Assembly: GCA_000934665.2 (NCBI GenBank)
Contig: KZ538440.1
Span: 1-64,000 of the forward strand
Source of the DNA: Catajapyx aquilonaris
Lineage: Eukaryota
DNA: 64,000 bases
Reading direction: 5' to 3'
The stretch's first letter is position 1; every line of letters begins with the position of its first letter. The notes beneath the pieces were generated by a model. That model had not been told where the DNA came from. It saw only the letters and a list, made by a program, of their open reading frames with translations, and ran no database searches. Of this stretch, positions 25,201-37,908 are shown piece by piece. The position numbers and the translations under genes are program-made.

Positions 25201-27129
25201 CTGAAGAAATGGCATGACTGCACCTTCAACCTCACCCTTTATAATAAATCCAATTCCATCATCACCATGTTATCAATGTGGTATGACCCATGCATTTTCT
25301 CTGCCACACAAGCATGGTAGTTATGGTATAATTAAAACATTCCACATTGACAAGACAATTAAGAAAGTGCTGCTTTTCATATGGTGTATTGTACTTGCAA
25401 GTGTGTTAAACTTATCTCATCTATCATTACCAGTGTCTACACAAAATCAAAAGGCATATACTTTATGCTCCGGCAAAAAGGTTCAGGGTCAGATATTTTC
25501 TAAGAGTGATGTTAACAAGCACCTAATTAAGTGACTGGAACAAAAACCATTTACTGTGTATATTCAAGTAAACGAATAATCATACCACTGTACTCCCGAT
25601 TTTCCGGTGCGGATTATCCATGCATTGCATAAAATTAAGTTAGAAATAAAAGTCCGGAAAAATGTCAAATACTGTCTCGCAAACCAAGAAAATAATGTAA
25701 GACTTTTTCTAGAAGATAAACCAAAAATGTAAGGTAGGCGTTATTATTTGGATTAAACCTTATTGTACACTAGTACATTAAAAATCTCTGAATAGCTCAT
25801 TTTTCCGGTATCTAGAACCATTTTCCGATTATCCTGCAACACCCGTGCATTCATTAGCACGAATAATTGGGAGTGTACAGTGTAATAATTATTAGTTTTA
25901 TTACCTACTGAAGGCATTGTACATAGCACCTGCAGGCTATTGATTGTTCATTAATGATGCTAACAGTAAATAACTTTTTATTAATCCCTTGGTAAATAAT
26001 CTAAAACCATAAGTTAAACTAGGCTTCAGTCAGAAAGTACGAGGGTGGTTCAGTAAATAACCTTACAAGTTGATTTACAAATTTGTACTATACAATATGT
26101 GAACTATTCTTGCTGTAGGTGGTACTGCCATTCATGTAGTAGGTATGGAGTGTTTCAGATCCACCACGTGACAGCTATTTGAAGATGGCAGCCCCACTGG
26201 AGGTGTGCACCATAGAAGAGCAGCAGTTTCCTTGCCAGTGAAGGTGTAAAACCCACAGACATTCACAGTCGGATGAAGGCACAGTATGGTAGTGCCTGCA
26301 TATCACTACAGCAGGTGTATGAATGGGCATGGAAGGTCCCAAGAGGCTTGTCAAGTGTGCTGGACACCCGACGACCTGGTCGCCTGCACACTGATGTCAC
26401 GGACGAGACTGTAGCGGCCGCAGATGTGCTTATTTGTCAAGACCAATGCATCAGTGTGAATGATGGGAGTGTTGGGTCAGTTGAGGTCATCATACACAAG
26501 CACCTGAGATACGCAAAAGTGTCGGCCAGATGGGTTCCCAGGCAATTGACACATGAACTGAAGGAACTGCGTGTCGATGCGCGTGCAACGCTTCTCAGAC
26601 TTTACAAGGAGGAAGAAGAAGACTTTTTGCATTGTATAGTGACTGGCGATGAATGCTGGGTGCATCACTTCCAGCCAGAACTAAACATTCCAGCAAAGAA
26701 TGGCAACTATATCGTCTTCCCCAAAACTGCTCTTCTCTGGTGCACACCTCCCAATGGGGCCGCCATCTTCAAATAGCTGTCACAGGGGAAGGCACGGTGG
26801 CCGAGATGGTAACGTCTCGGCTTGCTATGCGAAAGGTCCCGGGTTCTAATCCCCGCCCGGGAACAAACCTTTCGCTTGCGTCAATGGGTTGTGACCCGCG
26901 CCTGAGGAGGCGTCTTGGCAACCTGGCCTCCTGGGGGACTGCACCTGGCCCACCGCTGGAATTCAATGCACCTGCACCTGTGTCCCCTCCCCAAAAATCC
27001 CCAACCCTTACCCCATTTCCTAGTAATCCTTGCACCGGAGTTCGAAGAAAAGTAGAAAACTGAAAACCGAATGGTGGTAGGCCACCCCCCGAAAGGCCCA
27101 GAGAGGGCCATCAAGGGGTACGGAAAAAC

Positions 27130-27196
<67 letters not shown>

Positions 27197-28484
27197 GCTG
27201 TCACATGACTACCTGGTGTCATGCGGTGGATCTTTAACACACCACACCTACTACATGAATGGCAGTACCACCTACAGCAAGAATAGTTCGCATAATGTAT
27301 AGTACAAATTTCTAAATCAACTTGTAAGGTAATTTACTGAACAAGATAGGCAAATCATGCGAGCGTGATTCGAGTCGACTTACTCACTGGCATGAAAATT
27401 TAAATTGGACAACTATGGCATAGAATGTTGTCAGTCTCATTTCCTGTTGCCGGGGAGGTGTGGTGGCCGTGATGGTAACGTCACGGCTTGCTGAGTGAAA
27501 GGCCCCAGGTTCGATCCCCGCCTGGGGAACTTTCCTTTCACCTGCGTCAGGAGGGTCTCTGACCTGCACCAAGGAGGTGTCTGGCAACCTAACCTCCTGG
27601 GGAACAGCACATGACCCATTATAGCTACGACATTGCACCTTGCACCCATGTTCCCTCCCCAAAAATCCCTATCCTTTCCCATTGTCCCTGTTTCCTTGCA
27701 CCGGAGAATGAAGCAGAAAATATATATACAGAAAACTGATGGTGGTATGCCACCCCCCTATAGCTCCCATAAGGGACATCACGGGGTAAAATAATTTTTT
27801 AAAAAAAATCCTGTTGCCAAGGAACCCAAGGAGACCCGCTTGTAGACTTGACCTTGGCAGATAGAGTGAACCCAGAAAACCGGAAGTGGCTCTAGTCACC
27901 AGAAGCTGATCATGAAACCTATTTTGGTCAAGCTGAATCCGAATCAGAAAACCTTTTATCGCTATCTCCTGCGGTTTAGGCCTTGATACCTGTCCACAGA
28001 ATGATGCACTGATGGGCAGCAGAGCCGTTCTATAACTTTTTTTGTACAGAAAAAGTCTAAAAAGTCTAATAATGTGTGGTCAAAATATCAAAAATTTTAA
28101 ATGTAACTCAATAATAGTAGGCTATAAATTTAGTTTTGGAGTAGAGTGGACGTCCTACGAGGTATTGCATGGACCTTTATATTCTACAGTATATTGTACA
28201 GTATATTCACTACACACTATACAAATAGTATTAGACTATTGTCATTGTCTCCAACTCTCCATAACTCTCAAAAAGTGTCTCTCACCTTGTGCTAATTCCC
28301 TCTGCTCCGTGAGAGCTTTGTAGTTGATCTCTGCATACTGGAACTCGTTCATGCAGGAGGAGAGGTCTATCTCGAATCTCTGGGTACCGGTAACCATCGT
28401 TGGCGCTCCCTCCTTCTGCTGCTGGCCACGGTCCTTCAGACTAATGCTGCGAGCCAGCTTGTAGTCACTTGGTGAGCCAGCCAT
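19117..28484 (-). CDS. Ubinuclein/yemanuclein-like protein (HUN/HPC2 domain), short and divergent
   Basis: Exon 28484-28286 (MAGSPSDYK...RFEIDLSSCMNEFQYAEINYKAL, donor CAAG|GTGAGA) joins in phase 1 to exon 19880-19117 (tgttag|), which contains EDLLDCGEGYDQDDTLIDDSEAYEEALPDYLMTEFGGHYVNTGPL, matching the ubinuclein HUN domain. Start codon and 3' end are uncertain. Confidence 0.75.
19961..20348. mobile_element. Tc1/mariner-type MITE (second copy 41514-41998)
   Basis: TA|CAGTACCATTCATAAAGAATGGTA ... TACCATTCTTTATGAGCGGGACTG|TA. Confidence 0.75.
20520..20758 (-). mobile_element. tRNA-derived SINE family B
   Basis: Matches family B; head-to-head with the next copy. Confidence 0.78.
20827..21075 (+). 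mobile_element. tRNA-derived SINE family B
   Basis: GGCAGAGTGGCGCTGCAGTAACG...GGTTCGATCCCAGCCCGGGG. Confidence 0.78.
21323..21529. mobile_element. Palindromic MITE
   Basis: CATAAGGTGAAGTGGGGTAAGTGCATA ... TATGCACTTACCCCACTTCACCTTATG with inner IR GGCCGCCATATTGGAATGAAAATGGCTGAC. Confidence 0.75.
21555..21768 (-). mobile_element. tRNA-derived SINE family B
   Basis: Reverse-strand family B copy. Confidence 0.75.
21773..22162 (-). mobile_element. tRNA-derived SINE family C
   Basis: Head GGGAGGCGTGGTGGCCGAGATGGTAA, B box GGGTTCGATCCC, (AAT)n tail; inserted in an (ATT)n run. Confidence 0.8.
22532..24595. mobile_element. Degenerate non-autonomous DNA transposon
   Basis: GGCATTTTTGCG / CGCAAAAATGCC ends flanked by CTAG; motif TTGGTTCGTTAC recurs at ~22898, 23050 (rc), 24182, 24202, 24391, 24571. 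Confidence 0.45.
26040..27342 (+). mobile_element. Mariner foldback (5' end duplicated) with nested SINE
   Basis: TA|CGAGGGTGGTTCAGTAAAT; N-terminal transposase motifs RPGR, VSARWVPRQLT, IVTGDECWVHH; left ~190 bp repeated inverted at 26723-26784 plus 27205-27342. Confidence 0.82.
26785..27191 (+). mobile_element. tRNA-derived SINE family C
   Basis: A/B boxes, (AAT)n tail, TSD AATAGCTGTCACA. Confidence 0.85.
27451..27800 (+). mobile_element. tRNA-derived SINE family C
   Basis: GGGGAGGTGTGGTGGCCGTGATGGTAACG..AGGTTCGATCCCC; TSD-like TCCTGTTGCC on both sides. Confidence 0.8.
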
Positions 28485-29739
28485 TGCTAGGGAAGATGTT
28501 GGCGTGGTCGACTGCAATGAATAGTATACACAATGCTGGAGCTCGTCCCTTTACTTCAGCAGGTGGTGATGAAAGAGTAGGCCGTTGAGACAGATCAGCA
28601 CCCGTTCCTGCAGTTCCCTCTGGTTGCAGGAACAGGTTGTGCACAATACTCACTTGTCGATGTAATAGAACGCGGGCATGTCCGAACACCGCCTGGCTAC
28701 GACTGGCACATGTGGCCCGCGCTTTACACAGTGTTGCCAACAGGAGCAGGCCTTCATGCCACGTTGCCACTTTGCATATGACCAGTCTGGCAACACTATC
28801 AGTGGCGTAATTTTAGCGGTAATTCATTAATTTAATCGACATTTCTTTTCGGGATTTAGGAAATAAATTGTTGATATCGGAATTTGAGTGTTTTTATGCA
28901 GAATCTAGAAATCATGGCAGTCATTTTGTCCCAGCACAACGACTTCGTTCAAAACCAGGGGTGGAATTATTTTTATCCCACTGAAAGTTATCAGTATCTA
29001 GCAGTGGGACGTAAATTCGACCCCAGGTGAGAGGTGACTAACTAGCAGCAAGCCCCCGGGCTGTAAGGACAGGACATCTGTTTGTCGTTGGCACCATATG
29101 AGTCACCGACTTGCTTGGTCAAAGATTTTTGTTTATAAAATTGTGGATGAGGTTGAAGTTCGACGGTGCAGGCATAAACGGCATCATATTGCGCCCATAA
29201 TGATTCATTCCATCTTGAACCGGTCGCCAGATTAATTTATGTTACAGCTTGATGTACAGGGTGACTCTAAACTCTAAAGTCGGGATACATTGGTTGGTAA
29301 ATTGTATTGTATTGTTGGTTTCCAGTTGTGCTAACTAGCAGATTACTGACAGTCAGTAAAAGTTTGAGTTGGCACAGTGGGTACTTGGAGTTGGCACAAC
29401 TGGCAACCAACAATGCAATAAATTCAATTACCTATGTATCCAGACATTATAGTCACCCTGTAGCCTGTACAGTACGGGAGGGCCCTAACTTCCTTGTTCC
29501 TTCCTTTTCGTGGTGTGGCGCTGTAGAGAGGTGATCGCCAAAATAAATCTGCCCTTGAGGCGACATGCGGAAGTATATGTGCAAACCAATTCCAGTTAGT
29601 CTTATCCACATCTACATATCTACATATATATTGCGAGTTATTCCATAAAATATTAAAACGACGAAGACCTTCAGCAGGGCCAAATCCACAAGCAAACCTG
29701 ATGGAAGCAGTCATCTTGTTATAATACCTGATGTGGCCT

Positions 29740-30560
29740 TTACAGAAACCCGAAGCGTTCGTTGATCCAACCAGGGAGCGAACCCGGAGCTAGCTAGAGG
29801 CTGAGCACGGGGCTGAACCCGGGGCGAAATTGTCACCGTTCCACAAAGCCAAAGAGGGTGGTTGGGAGAACGGGTATCAACGCCTGACGCTTCGGGAGCG
29901 GACGGAAGGCGAACTAAAAATTTACCTTCAAATGGAACCTAAGGCTGAGTTCCTACCCAGTTAATGTCCCATCGCCGTGCAGGGCCAGGAGCGGGTTGGG
30001 AATAGAGCCGGGCCGGACCAGGGGCAGGCCCGGGGCAGAAAATCGAAGTTAATAAGATTGGGTACACAGCGCCTGACGCTATAATAACGGACCGAATGTA
30101 AACTACGGAAAAATTTAGCTATCAGCAGGTTCGGTTTGCTCATGTAATGGCAGCCATTTTTGGTCATTTCCCTAACCTCCCTCAGAAATAACCGCATATT
30201 CGGACAGTATGGAAGTGAAAAAAGAAAGAAAATGTGAGATCACGGAAGGAATGACACATTTAGCGGGAGAAAATGAGAGAAAACTTGCGTGTAAATGTGT
30301 AATCTTCAGGAAAAAATGGACCGAAGATGGCGTCGATCATGCGGTGCACCCAACTCTTTTTCCTTCATATTTGGAGTGCTATACGGTCGTGGCTATACGG
30401 TCGTTTTGCTTTTTCACTTCCCTCCCTTCCAGGCCTTGGAACGAGAGGAGCTCATGCTGTTTCTTTCTTGCTCGATTAGGACCCCGGGGCCGCCCCCAGT
30501 CGCCAAGACATGCCCATCGACACTGTAGTTACGACACTGGTGGTGATTAACCCATATTGT
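29740..30560. promoter_or_regulatory. GC/CpG-rich putative promoter upstream of the ubinuclein-like gene
   Basis: CpG-rich; YY1-type GCCATTTT (~30153) and AAGATGGCG (~30324); minus-strand donor GAAG|GTAAA near 29925. Confidence 0.4.
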
Positions 30561-30620
30561 TACAGGAGTATAGTCATGCCACGAAAAAAACTGCACGGGA
30601 TTTCGTCGGATTTGTAAATA

Positions 30621-32063
30621 CAGGGTGATTCCGTTAACACTTAACTACCGACGTGGGGTATTTTTCTACCCCACATTGTAGAAAATACCATCGCGATTAA
30701 TAAATTTTGTATGAAATGAAAAATGGCAGGCCTATATTCCTCAGACATACTTTCTTCGATCCAAAGAAAAATTTTGACATCAGTAGAATTTTTTTTTGCG
30801 GAGTTACCGGTACTTTTATGCTGCTAAGCGTCACTGATGGGGTAGAAATATACCCCACGTCGCGTCGTAGCCAATGTACATAATTTTTTTAGAGAGCACA
30901 TCACACCGCATCACAGCAAAATTGCATTTTATAAAGTGTGAGTGTTGTTATTCAGCAATATATATTGCTCGGAACTAAAATCTTGCAGACCCTGCAGCTG
31001 GAAATGTTTACGTTATAAGTCATTACTTACGTCTAACGGCATCGAGCTGGAAGGCTACGAAGGTGCGATAACGGAGTCTCAGGTCCCTTATGACTCAACT
31101 AATGGTCACAGGAGATCGATTTTTTTTACACATACAGATGAGAATACAGGCCGAATTTAGCGCGGAAGAATGGCTTTGGTGCTATTTAGGCAATTTAAAA
31201 AAAAATGAAAACCGCGTGGGGTAGAAAAATACCCCACGTCGTAGCCAATGTATGGCAGAGTCACGTCGGTAGTTAAGTGTTAACTTGGGCAAAAATCACA
31301 GGGTGGGTAGAGGCCCCAGTATTTTGAGCTTCGGTACCCATCCATGTCCGGAAATGCCCCCGTACGAGGCTACGGCCGTTTCCATCTTTGGTCTGTTGCG
31401 CCTGGTAGGTAGGCAACCCCCCGTACTCGAAACTTGCGTTCGTCAGGTGTGTCGCGTGCAAATATATCTGCTATATATTTCCCTAACTGATACATAACTC
31501 GCTATCCCTTTCCATACAAGCAAAGTGATGCCAATCACGCCCAAAGTAAAGATGGCGTCATCGTTACTTTGGGCGGGGCAGCAGAAGCGGCCGTAGGGGC
31601 GGCCCCTGTGCTGATGAGCCGGACCGCAGTGGGACGTTTCCAGGGGCGCGGGGCATCCCTTGAAGATGCCCAGCTACGTACAGGCCACAACGGCAGATTG
31701 ATCCAAGTCGCCCAAAGCCGCCATCTTTGCTTTGGGCGACTGGCACAATCCCCTATCACAAACTGGCATGTGGCATCACTTTTTTTTTAGCAGTTATGTA
31801 GGAATATAATAGCAGAAATCTTTGGTCGCGTGTGGAGGAGACGAAGGTGAAAACAAGTGCGAGTGTCAAGTGCAAAACCTGATGAATGCAACCTTCGAGT
31901 ACGATGGGTTGCCTACCCACCAGGCGCAACATACTAAAGGTGGAAACGGCCATACCCCCGTAAGGGGGCATTTCAGGACATATAGGCACCGAAGCTCAAA
32001 ATACTTGCCTGTGGGGTTTCTACCCACCCTGTGATTTTTGCCAAAGTTACCGGAATCACCCTG
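30621..32063. mobile_element. Tc1/mariner-type MITE with long TIRs, left TIR interrupted
   Basis: TA|CAGGGTGATTCCG ... CGGAATCACCCTG|TA; arms ~31284-31450 / ~31870-32050. Confidence 0.8.
30638..31279. mobile_element. piggyBac-like MITE nested in the previous element
   Basis: TTAA|CACTTAACTACCGACGTG ... CACGTCGGTAGTTAAGTG|TTAA; internal GGGGTA..TACCCC palindromes. Confidence 0.8.
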
Positions 32064-33873
32064 TAGACTTGCCAGACACAAATGAAACCCGATATGCAAC
32101 ATTCCCCACTGAAATGCCCCTTGGGTCATATCTGGCACACCATTTAGTGCAATTTGGAACTTACAGAAAATATAAAAATTTCGAAAATTGCAAAAATTGC
32201 ACTAAACTGTGTGCCAGATATGACCCAGTGGGCATTACAGGGTTAAAGACAAAATTTTCCACCTGACATAGGCACATTTCTTCAGGGAAAACAGGGGACG
32301 AGGTGGAGGGGGAGAGAGATTTTGAAAAGAATTTTAAAAATAAAAAGAGAAAAAAACAGTGTCGCATTCAGTCTTTCCCTGGGCCAAATCTATTCACATT
32401 CATTTTTACACATCCTAGGGGAATTATTATACCGGCCGGTATGCGTCGACTCCCCTAACCGAGACATGACTGGCCACCTCTCAGACCTCGAGTTCCTCGA
32501 TCTAACGACCCGTAGGCTATATGACCCCCCCCCCCCCNCCCCCCCCTCCAGTTTTTTCATAACAATTTTATTACCAAAACGTTCCACCACGTAACCTACA
32601 GTGCTTATGTAGGATTTTAGTTGCTTATCCCCCCAAAATTTTCTTTCTTCGCCCTATTTTTTCTATTTTTCTATCTATTTTTGGTTTTATTTTCCTGGCC
32701 TTCCCAAGACCCTTAAGAACATGCTGACGACCATATTTTGCAAATTTTATAAACGAATTTCCTAATATGGATATATACTATAGATACCCGTACCTTTACA
32801 ACCAAAACACACCCGGGCAACGCTACCTATTTAGCGCAAAATCATTATGCGGGATAATGTAGGTTTTTTTTGTAGACTTATATATGAATATTTGTATTGG
32901 CTGGCGCTCATATTATTGTGTTTGCAAGCTTTTGATCCACTACGATTTCACAGCTTTCCGACACTTCAGTAATGAAATGTAAAGGTTATTGGCATTCTGC
33001 ATTTTATAAGATTCACTATACAACATTCGTACCATTGGTTTCCCAATATTGAGCAATAAATAGCTCATAGTGACCTGTGAATATTTTATTTATTTATTTA
33101 TTTATTTATTTGCTACCCCGTGCTGGAGCCATTGGCTCCATTAGGGGTGTGGAATACCACCATTTTTTCTCACGAATTTTTCTTTCTCATTTTTTTCTCC
33201 AGTGCAGGGATCGGGATCGGGATTTGTGAAGAGGGGACGCTGGTGCAAGTGCGTTGTCTTAATGTTGGGGGTCGTGTCTTGAAGGGTTGCAGGGGCATGA
33301 TTTCTAGCTAGATTTTGGTGGTCCAATGATGCACACCAGCACATCTGAAACTGTACTGTATGTCAAACTCTAATTGGTGAGATATGTGTGCAGCTTTGAT
33401 AACTTAGTTATCGAAAATTAATGTTGGAATGTTTATTATAGACTATGTGTCTGCCATCTTGGAAATGTCACACTGCATTTTGAAATTCTCCAGTCATTCA
33501 TTCATCGAAAACGAAACATACAAGTTAGTGTCTACTATACACTAAAGAAAAATGCTGACCACTGAATAACTCGACAGAATTTAAATCTATGATAGAATCC
33601 CTGGATGCGTGTAACTAGAAGCAGGTTTTTTGTGTGTGGCATTTAGGCCTAGTTTAATTAGTGGCGTGCAATATTGTATCAGAATTATCGTAACACTAGC
33701 GCACCCGTAGCCAAAATTTGGCAAAACCTGCAATGAGGAAGACAATGGTAATGAAAAAATGGAATCGAGGGCTCGCGTATAGCTGGTCGTAATTTACGGG
33801 GTTGAAAAATTGAGTGGCATTGAATCAATATGGACATACTGTACACGTCCTGAATCGGACATGAGAAAAGTTG

Positions 33874-34110
33874 TCATAAAACCTCGCGATATACAACATT
33901 GTGTGTAAACACTCTGTTGTTGGATAGAGCAAATGTTCCGTGTTGAGCAGTAGGAGTAGTGAACACTTTGACCTGACTTGGGTTCCGAGACCGGGACAGT
34001 GCCACATACAGCTGACCATGATTGTGAGAAGACAGGTTCATCCAGGGAAATGCTAACGTGCTGATCTGGCCCTGCGAGATGTTGATCGTCATGGCACAGG
34101 CTGGTATGAC
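33874..34110 (-). mobile_element. Helitron Rep/helicase C-terminal remnant (PIF1-like)
   Basis: AMTINISQGQ, LDEPVFS (other frame), HGQLYVALSR, THNVVYREVL*. Confidence 0.8.
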
Positions 34111-34288
34111 ATTGTGTCAATCAACATAAGGCTTTTGGATCCGGATCCAGCATGCTATGATTAAGGCTAATAATAATAATAGTTGATATTGGCATATTTG
34201 AGTGACGCGGCAACATGAGGGACGGAGTTGCCCTTTGTGTAAGTGATGCTGTATGGCTTTATGGTACCGCAACAATACTGTCATCTGT

Positions 34289-34552
34289 TGGGCGACACGG
34301 TGGGGGAGTGGTTAGCGCCGCAGCCTTCCACCTCTAAGGTCCCGAGTTCCATCCCCGGATCGGACTGAGTATGCTCATGTGGATAGAGTTTCGATTGGTT
34401 CTCTCCGTGTTCACGTGGGGTTTCTCGGGGGTTCTCCAGTTTCCTCCCACAATCAAAATCCATCACAGCGCAAGCAATGATTAAAGTCGGTCAATTAAAA
34501 GATGATCCCCTAAAAAGCTCAAGGAGGCTTATCACGGGGTATCCATTATCTC
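34289..34552 (+). mobile_element. tRNA-derived SINE family A
   Basis: Family A sequence; TSD ACTGTCATCT; splits a copy of the unclassified repeat. Confidence 0.82.
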
Positions 34553-34989
34553 CACTGTCATCTATTGTGGCCCCACCAGGCAGGGTTCGTCGCCCTGCAG
34601 GATATTTTTAGGTAATGCGGAGCGGAAGCGGCGCTGGGCGATTATTGTGGGTTTCGTATCCGCAACATTTACAGTACTGTCCGTCTTGTGGCGGCGGAGG
34701 CCAACGAACGTTATTGTGGCTTTGCCATGGCAAAGCCACAGGGGATTGGAGGTTGGAACCTCCAATCCCCTGCTGATCCCACCGCTGATATCGTGTTTTC
34801 TTGCTCCGGGAGGTTCATGCGACGCCGCCAAATAAGTCGCAAGGATTTACTCTAAGCTAAAGCTATCCGCTGAAAATCATAATAAGTAGCTAGATCCGGA
34901 TCAAGGATGGCGGCATAGTTAGAAAGTGGGGCTGAAAGTAGCAGCTTATATGACAGCTTTCTAAATATTCTGAGGCTGAGATTGAATCA

Positions 34990-35300
34990 GTTGGCAGGCC
35001 TGTATTGGCAGGTAAGGAAATAGGTGGCAGTTAGGACTTTTGGCGGGAAGGGAAAGTGGCGGTAAGGGCTTTTGGCGGGAAGGACTTTCGGCGGTAAAGG
35101 AAATTTGCGCTCAGGAGTTTAGGCGGGAAGCCTGATGATTTAGTGCCGTGATGAGAAGGTGGCAGCACTCACCAGGGGCCTGTATTGGCGGGAAAGGAAA
35201 TAGGTGGCGGTTAGGACTTTTGGCGGGAAGAGAAAGTGGCGGCCTGATGAATATATTAGTGCCGTGACCCAAAGGTGGCAGCACTCACCAAGGGCCCTGG
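34990..35300. repeat. Imperfect ~180-bp tandem duplication rich in TGGCGGGAA
   Basis: GGCCTGTATTGGC..AGGAAATAGGTGGC..GGACTTTTGGCGGGAAG..AGTGCCGTGA..GGTGGCAGCACTCACCA occurs twice. Confidence 0.75.
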
Positions 35301-35729
35301 ACAGGGTCCCCTACATGGGTGCCTCCCCCACCATGTAGGGGACCCTGCTTCTGGAGCGTTCCAGAGGCGAAAAAATAAGGCTATTATTATAGGGGGATTA
35401 TTTATTTTTAGGTGTTATTTTTATATTATTAGGTATGGGTTTTATTATATATTTTATGCTGTAGAAAGTCTGATTAGCTTTACACTAATAATTGATACCC
35501 CATTATCAGCCCGTTAGGCTTTACTAGGGGGGGGGGGGGTTTCTCCCAAAAAAAAATTGTCTGGAACTCTTTCCATTTTTACTATACTTTCATCGGAATT
35601 GAGGCAAGGATAGGTAAGGAAGGAAGCGGCTGTGGCCTATGATTACGGTAACGACCCCGGAATTATCCTGCGAGGACCATGGGACACCACAAAAAACCAT
35701 GATCAGGGTCGCCGGCCTCCGGGATTGGC

Positions 35730-35733
<4 letters not shown>

Positions 35734-35776
<43 letters not shown>
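35734..35776. repeat. (CT)n microsatellite
   Basis: Perfect dinucleotide run. Confidence 0.95.
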
Positions 35777-35780
<4 letters not shown>

Positions 35781-37664
35781 TACTTTAAATAACCAACACA
35801 ATCAAGAATTGAAGAAAAATTTGAATAGAATACTGAAGTGTCCTGTCAACGATGCTGTTTACTGTTGCCTAGATTGTGGAGTGGAGACTGGTGGCTGGGT
35901 AGCCCTTGATGTTGATAATCTCTGAATGACTGGGCGGTGGAGACCAGTAGTATACGGTTGCTAGACGAATTGTTTGTTTACTACTGCGGACACTTAACTT
36001 GTTGTCGGTCGTTATCGACCTGGTTTTCGAAACCAGACTGCGAGTTCTTGTTCAGCCGTCTTGAGAGACGGAAGTGTGTTCGAAATATAGCTCATGAGTT
36101 TATTATCATAGCGCTAAGCCCCTTTCTCTATTCCTTCATTTCCCTCTATCATCCTCGATCCTCCCTTTTCTTGTGATGTCCTCGCGTGTAAGTCGAGGGA
36201 CACTACAATATGTCTTAAGAATCATGTACACTTGTACAGTAAGTCACTGTAAATATGATTGTGTGTGGTGCCAATAAATAATTGTGTCGTTGCGGAACGA
36301 TCGTCTTATTACGAATATCTCCCAGTTGTCATCAGATCGACGCGACGGCAAAAAAACTGTTTAATGTGTAATGACCTATGCCAGGGAAAGGAAATGGTGC
36401 GTGCCAGTTCACTGCGCCGAGGAAATTGTCTAAAACTCAGGAATTTATCAGAGAAAAAAGGCTTAAGCTATTCTGGCACTGAATCCAACCAATCAATCCG
36501 AAACGAACCGGAAGAGACCCGAAACCGCAGTGAAACAAACCATTGGGTATTGGGTCCTGATGATTAACCGCACCCTTACACCCTATAGTATTCCGCAAAA
36601 AAAAACAAAAAACAAAAAACAAAATAAAACGATGCAATGCGAAACAAACGTAGATTTTGACAAAACCCGAAACAAACCCAGAGCTTGTAAATCAGGAAAA
36701 CCCAATTTGATAAAAGCAAGTCTTCAAATCTGTCTTTTGTAATATTATTAGCCTATATATACATATAAAATCCTCCTGGCTCCTTATTAGTTTATGTCTG
36801 CATAAAATGGCACCACTATATATGCTATGCATGATACCTGATAAATAAATTACTAAACACTTGCTGAAGGTTAGAAATTTTTCATTTGCAAATGATGATT
36901 GACCTATTGACTCCAAATGTCAATAATACATACATTTCATGTTCTCTCAGTGGTACAAGTAGAGGTTACAATATTCAAATCGATTAAAAATTGAAAGGTG
37001 TTATGTCTTGGGCGATCTCACATGGAATTGCCCCATGGTCTTTTTCATTGCAACTGTAGCTGTAAGCAAATTGCTCTTGCTAGACACCCCCATCTATAGT
37101 AACTTACAGGTTGTAATGGCCCAGGAATCATTAGGCCCTATATATGTATTAGTAGTATCAAGGTAGTATACGCGTCCTGGCCGGATCATTCACAGTCTCT
37201 CCTCATCATTATTCCTGAAGCGATAATTATGTATTTCAGGTAAACATATCCGTACATATTGGCAAAGCATTTTAAATGACTCCTTGATGTATCCTACACC
37301 CGCTGAGACAACCTTACTGTGATTGGTGCAATTACCGCACGTTAATATGTGAATATAATTTCCAAGTTGATGGGCACAATTCAGTTCGGGATTGAATATA
37401 AATACGCGCATATTGATCAGCAAAGTACCGGTACACCATTTCGATGAATTCCAAATAATTAAATTGAGCGCAGCTAAATTAACCGATGAATGGACGTGAA
37501 TAGAACGTGACCTGAATTAATATGAATGGCAAATGAATGGGGATGCGAGTGCCAAATGAATTGACTTAATTCATTTTTTTAAAAATAATCCGGGTAGTGC
37601 TAGACCGTATCAGGTATGGAGCACGGACATTTATTATACTTGAAGTACAATGCAGTACAATGCT

Positions 37665-37908
37665 GGAACCTTGAGCGAATCGCCCGGGCCCACGGGCAGG
37701 ATGACAGGAGGGGATGTGCAAAGTGCAGTGCAATGTCGTTGCTAATGTCATTTTGTGAACTCCCCGGGTGGATTAGTCTACGGAAATTCCACCCGAGACG
37801 AAGCCAGAGGCGACCCAACTCGGCACTAGATGAAGGGGAGAACCCCGGGCTGGGATCGAACCCGGGACCTTGGGCACATACGTTACCGCAGCACCACTCC
37901 GCCTCCCT
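37665..37908 (-). mobile_element. tRNA-derived SINE family B
   Basis: Reverse-strand family B copy. Confidence 0.8.

Noticed and set aside
21133..27240. ORFs with poly-Ile tracts (21133, 21879, 26881)
   Set aside because: Translation of (ATT)n microsatellites and SINE tails.
28465..28770. 101-aa ORF upstream of the ubinuclein-like start
   Set aside because: Non-ATG start, different frame from the ubinuclein exon, no motif, and it crosses an acceptor near 28512; probably UTR or intron.
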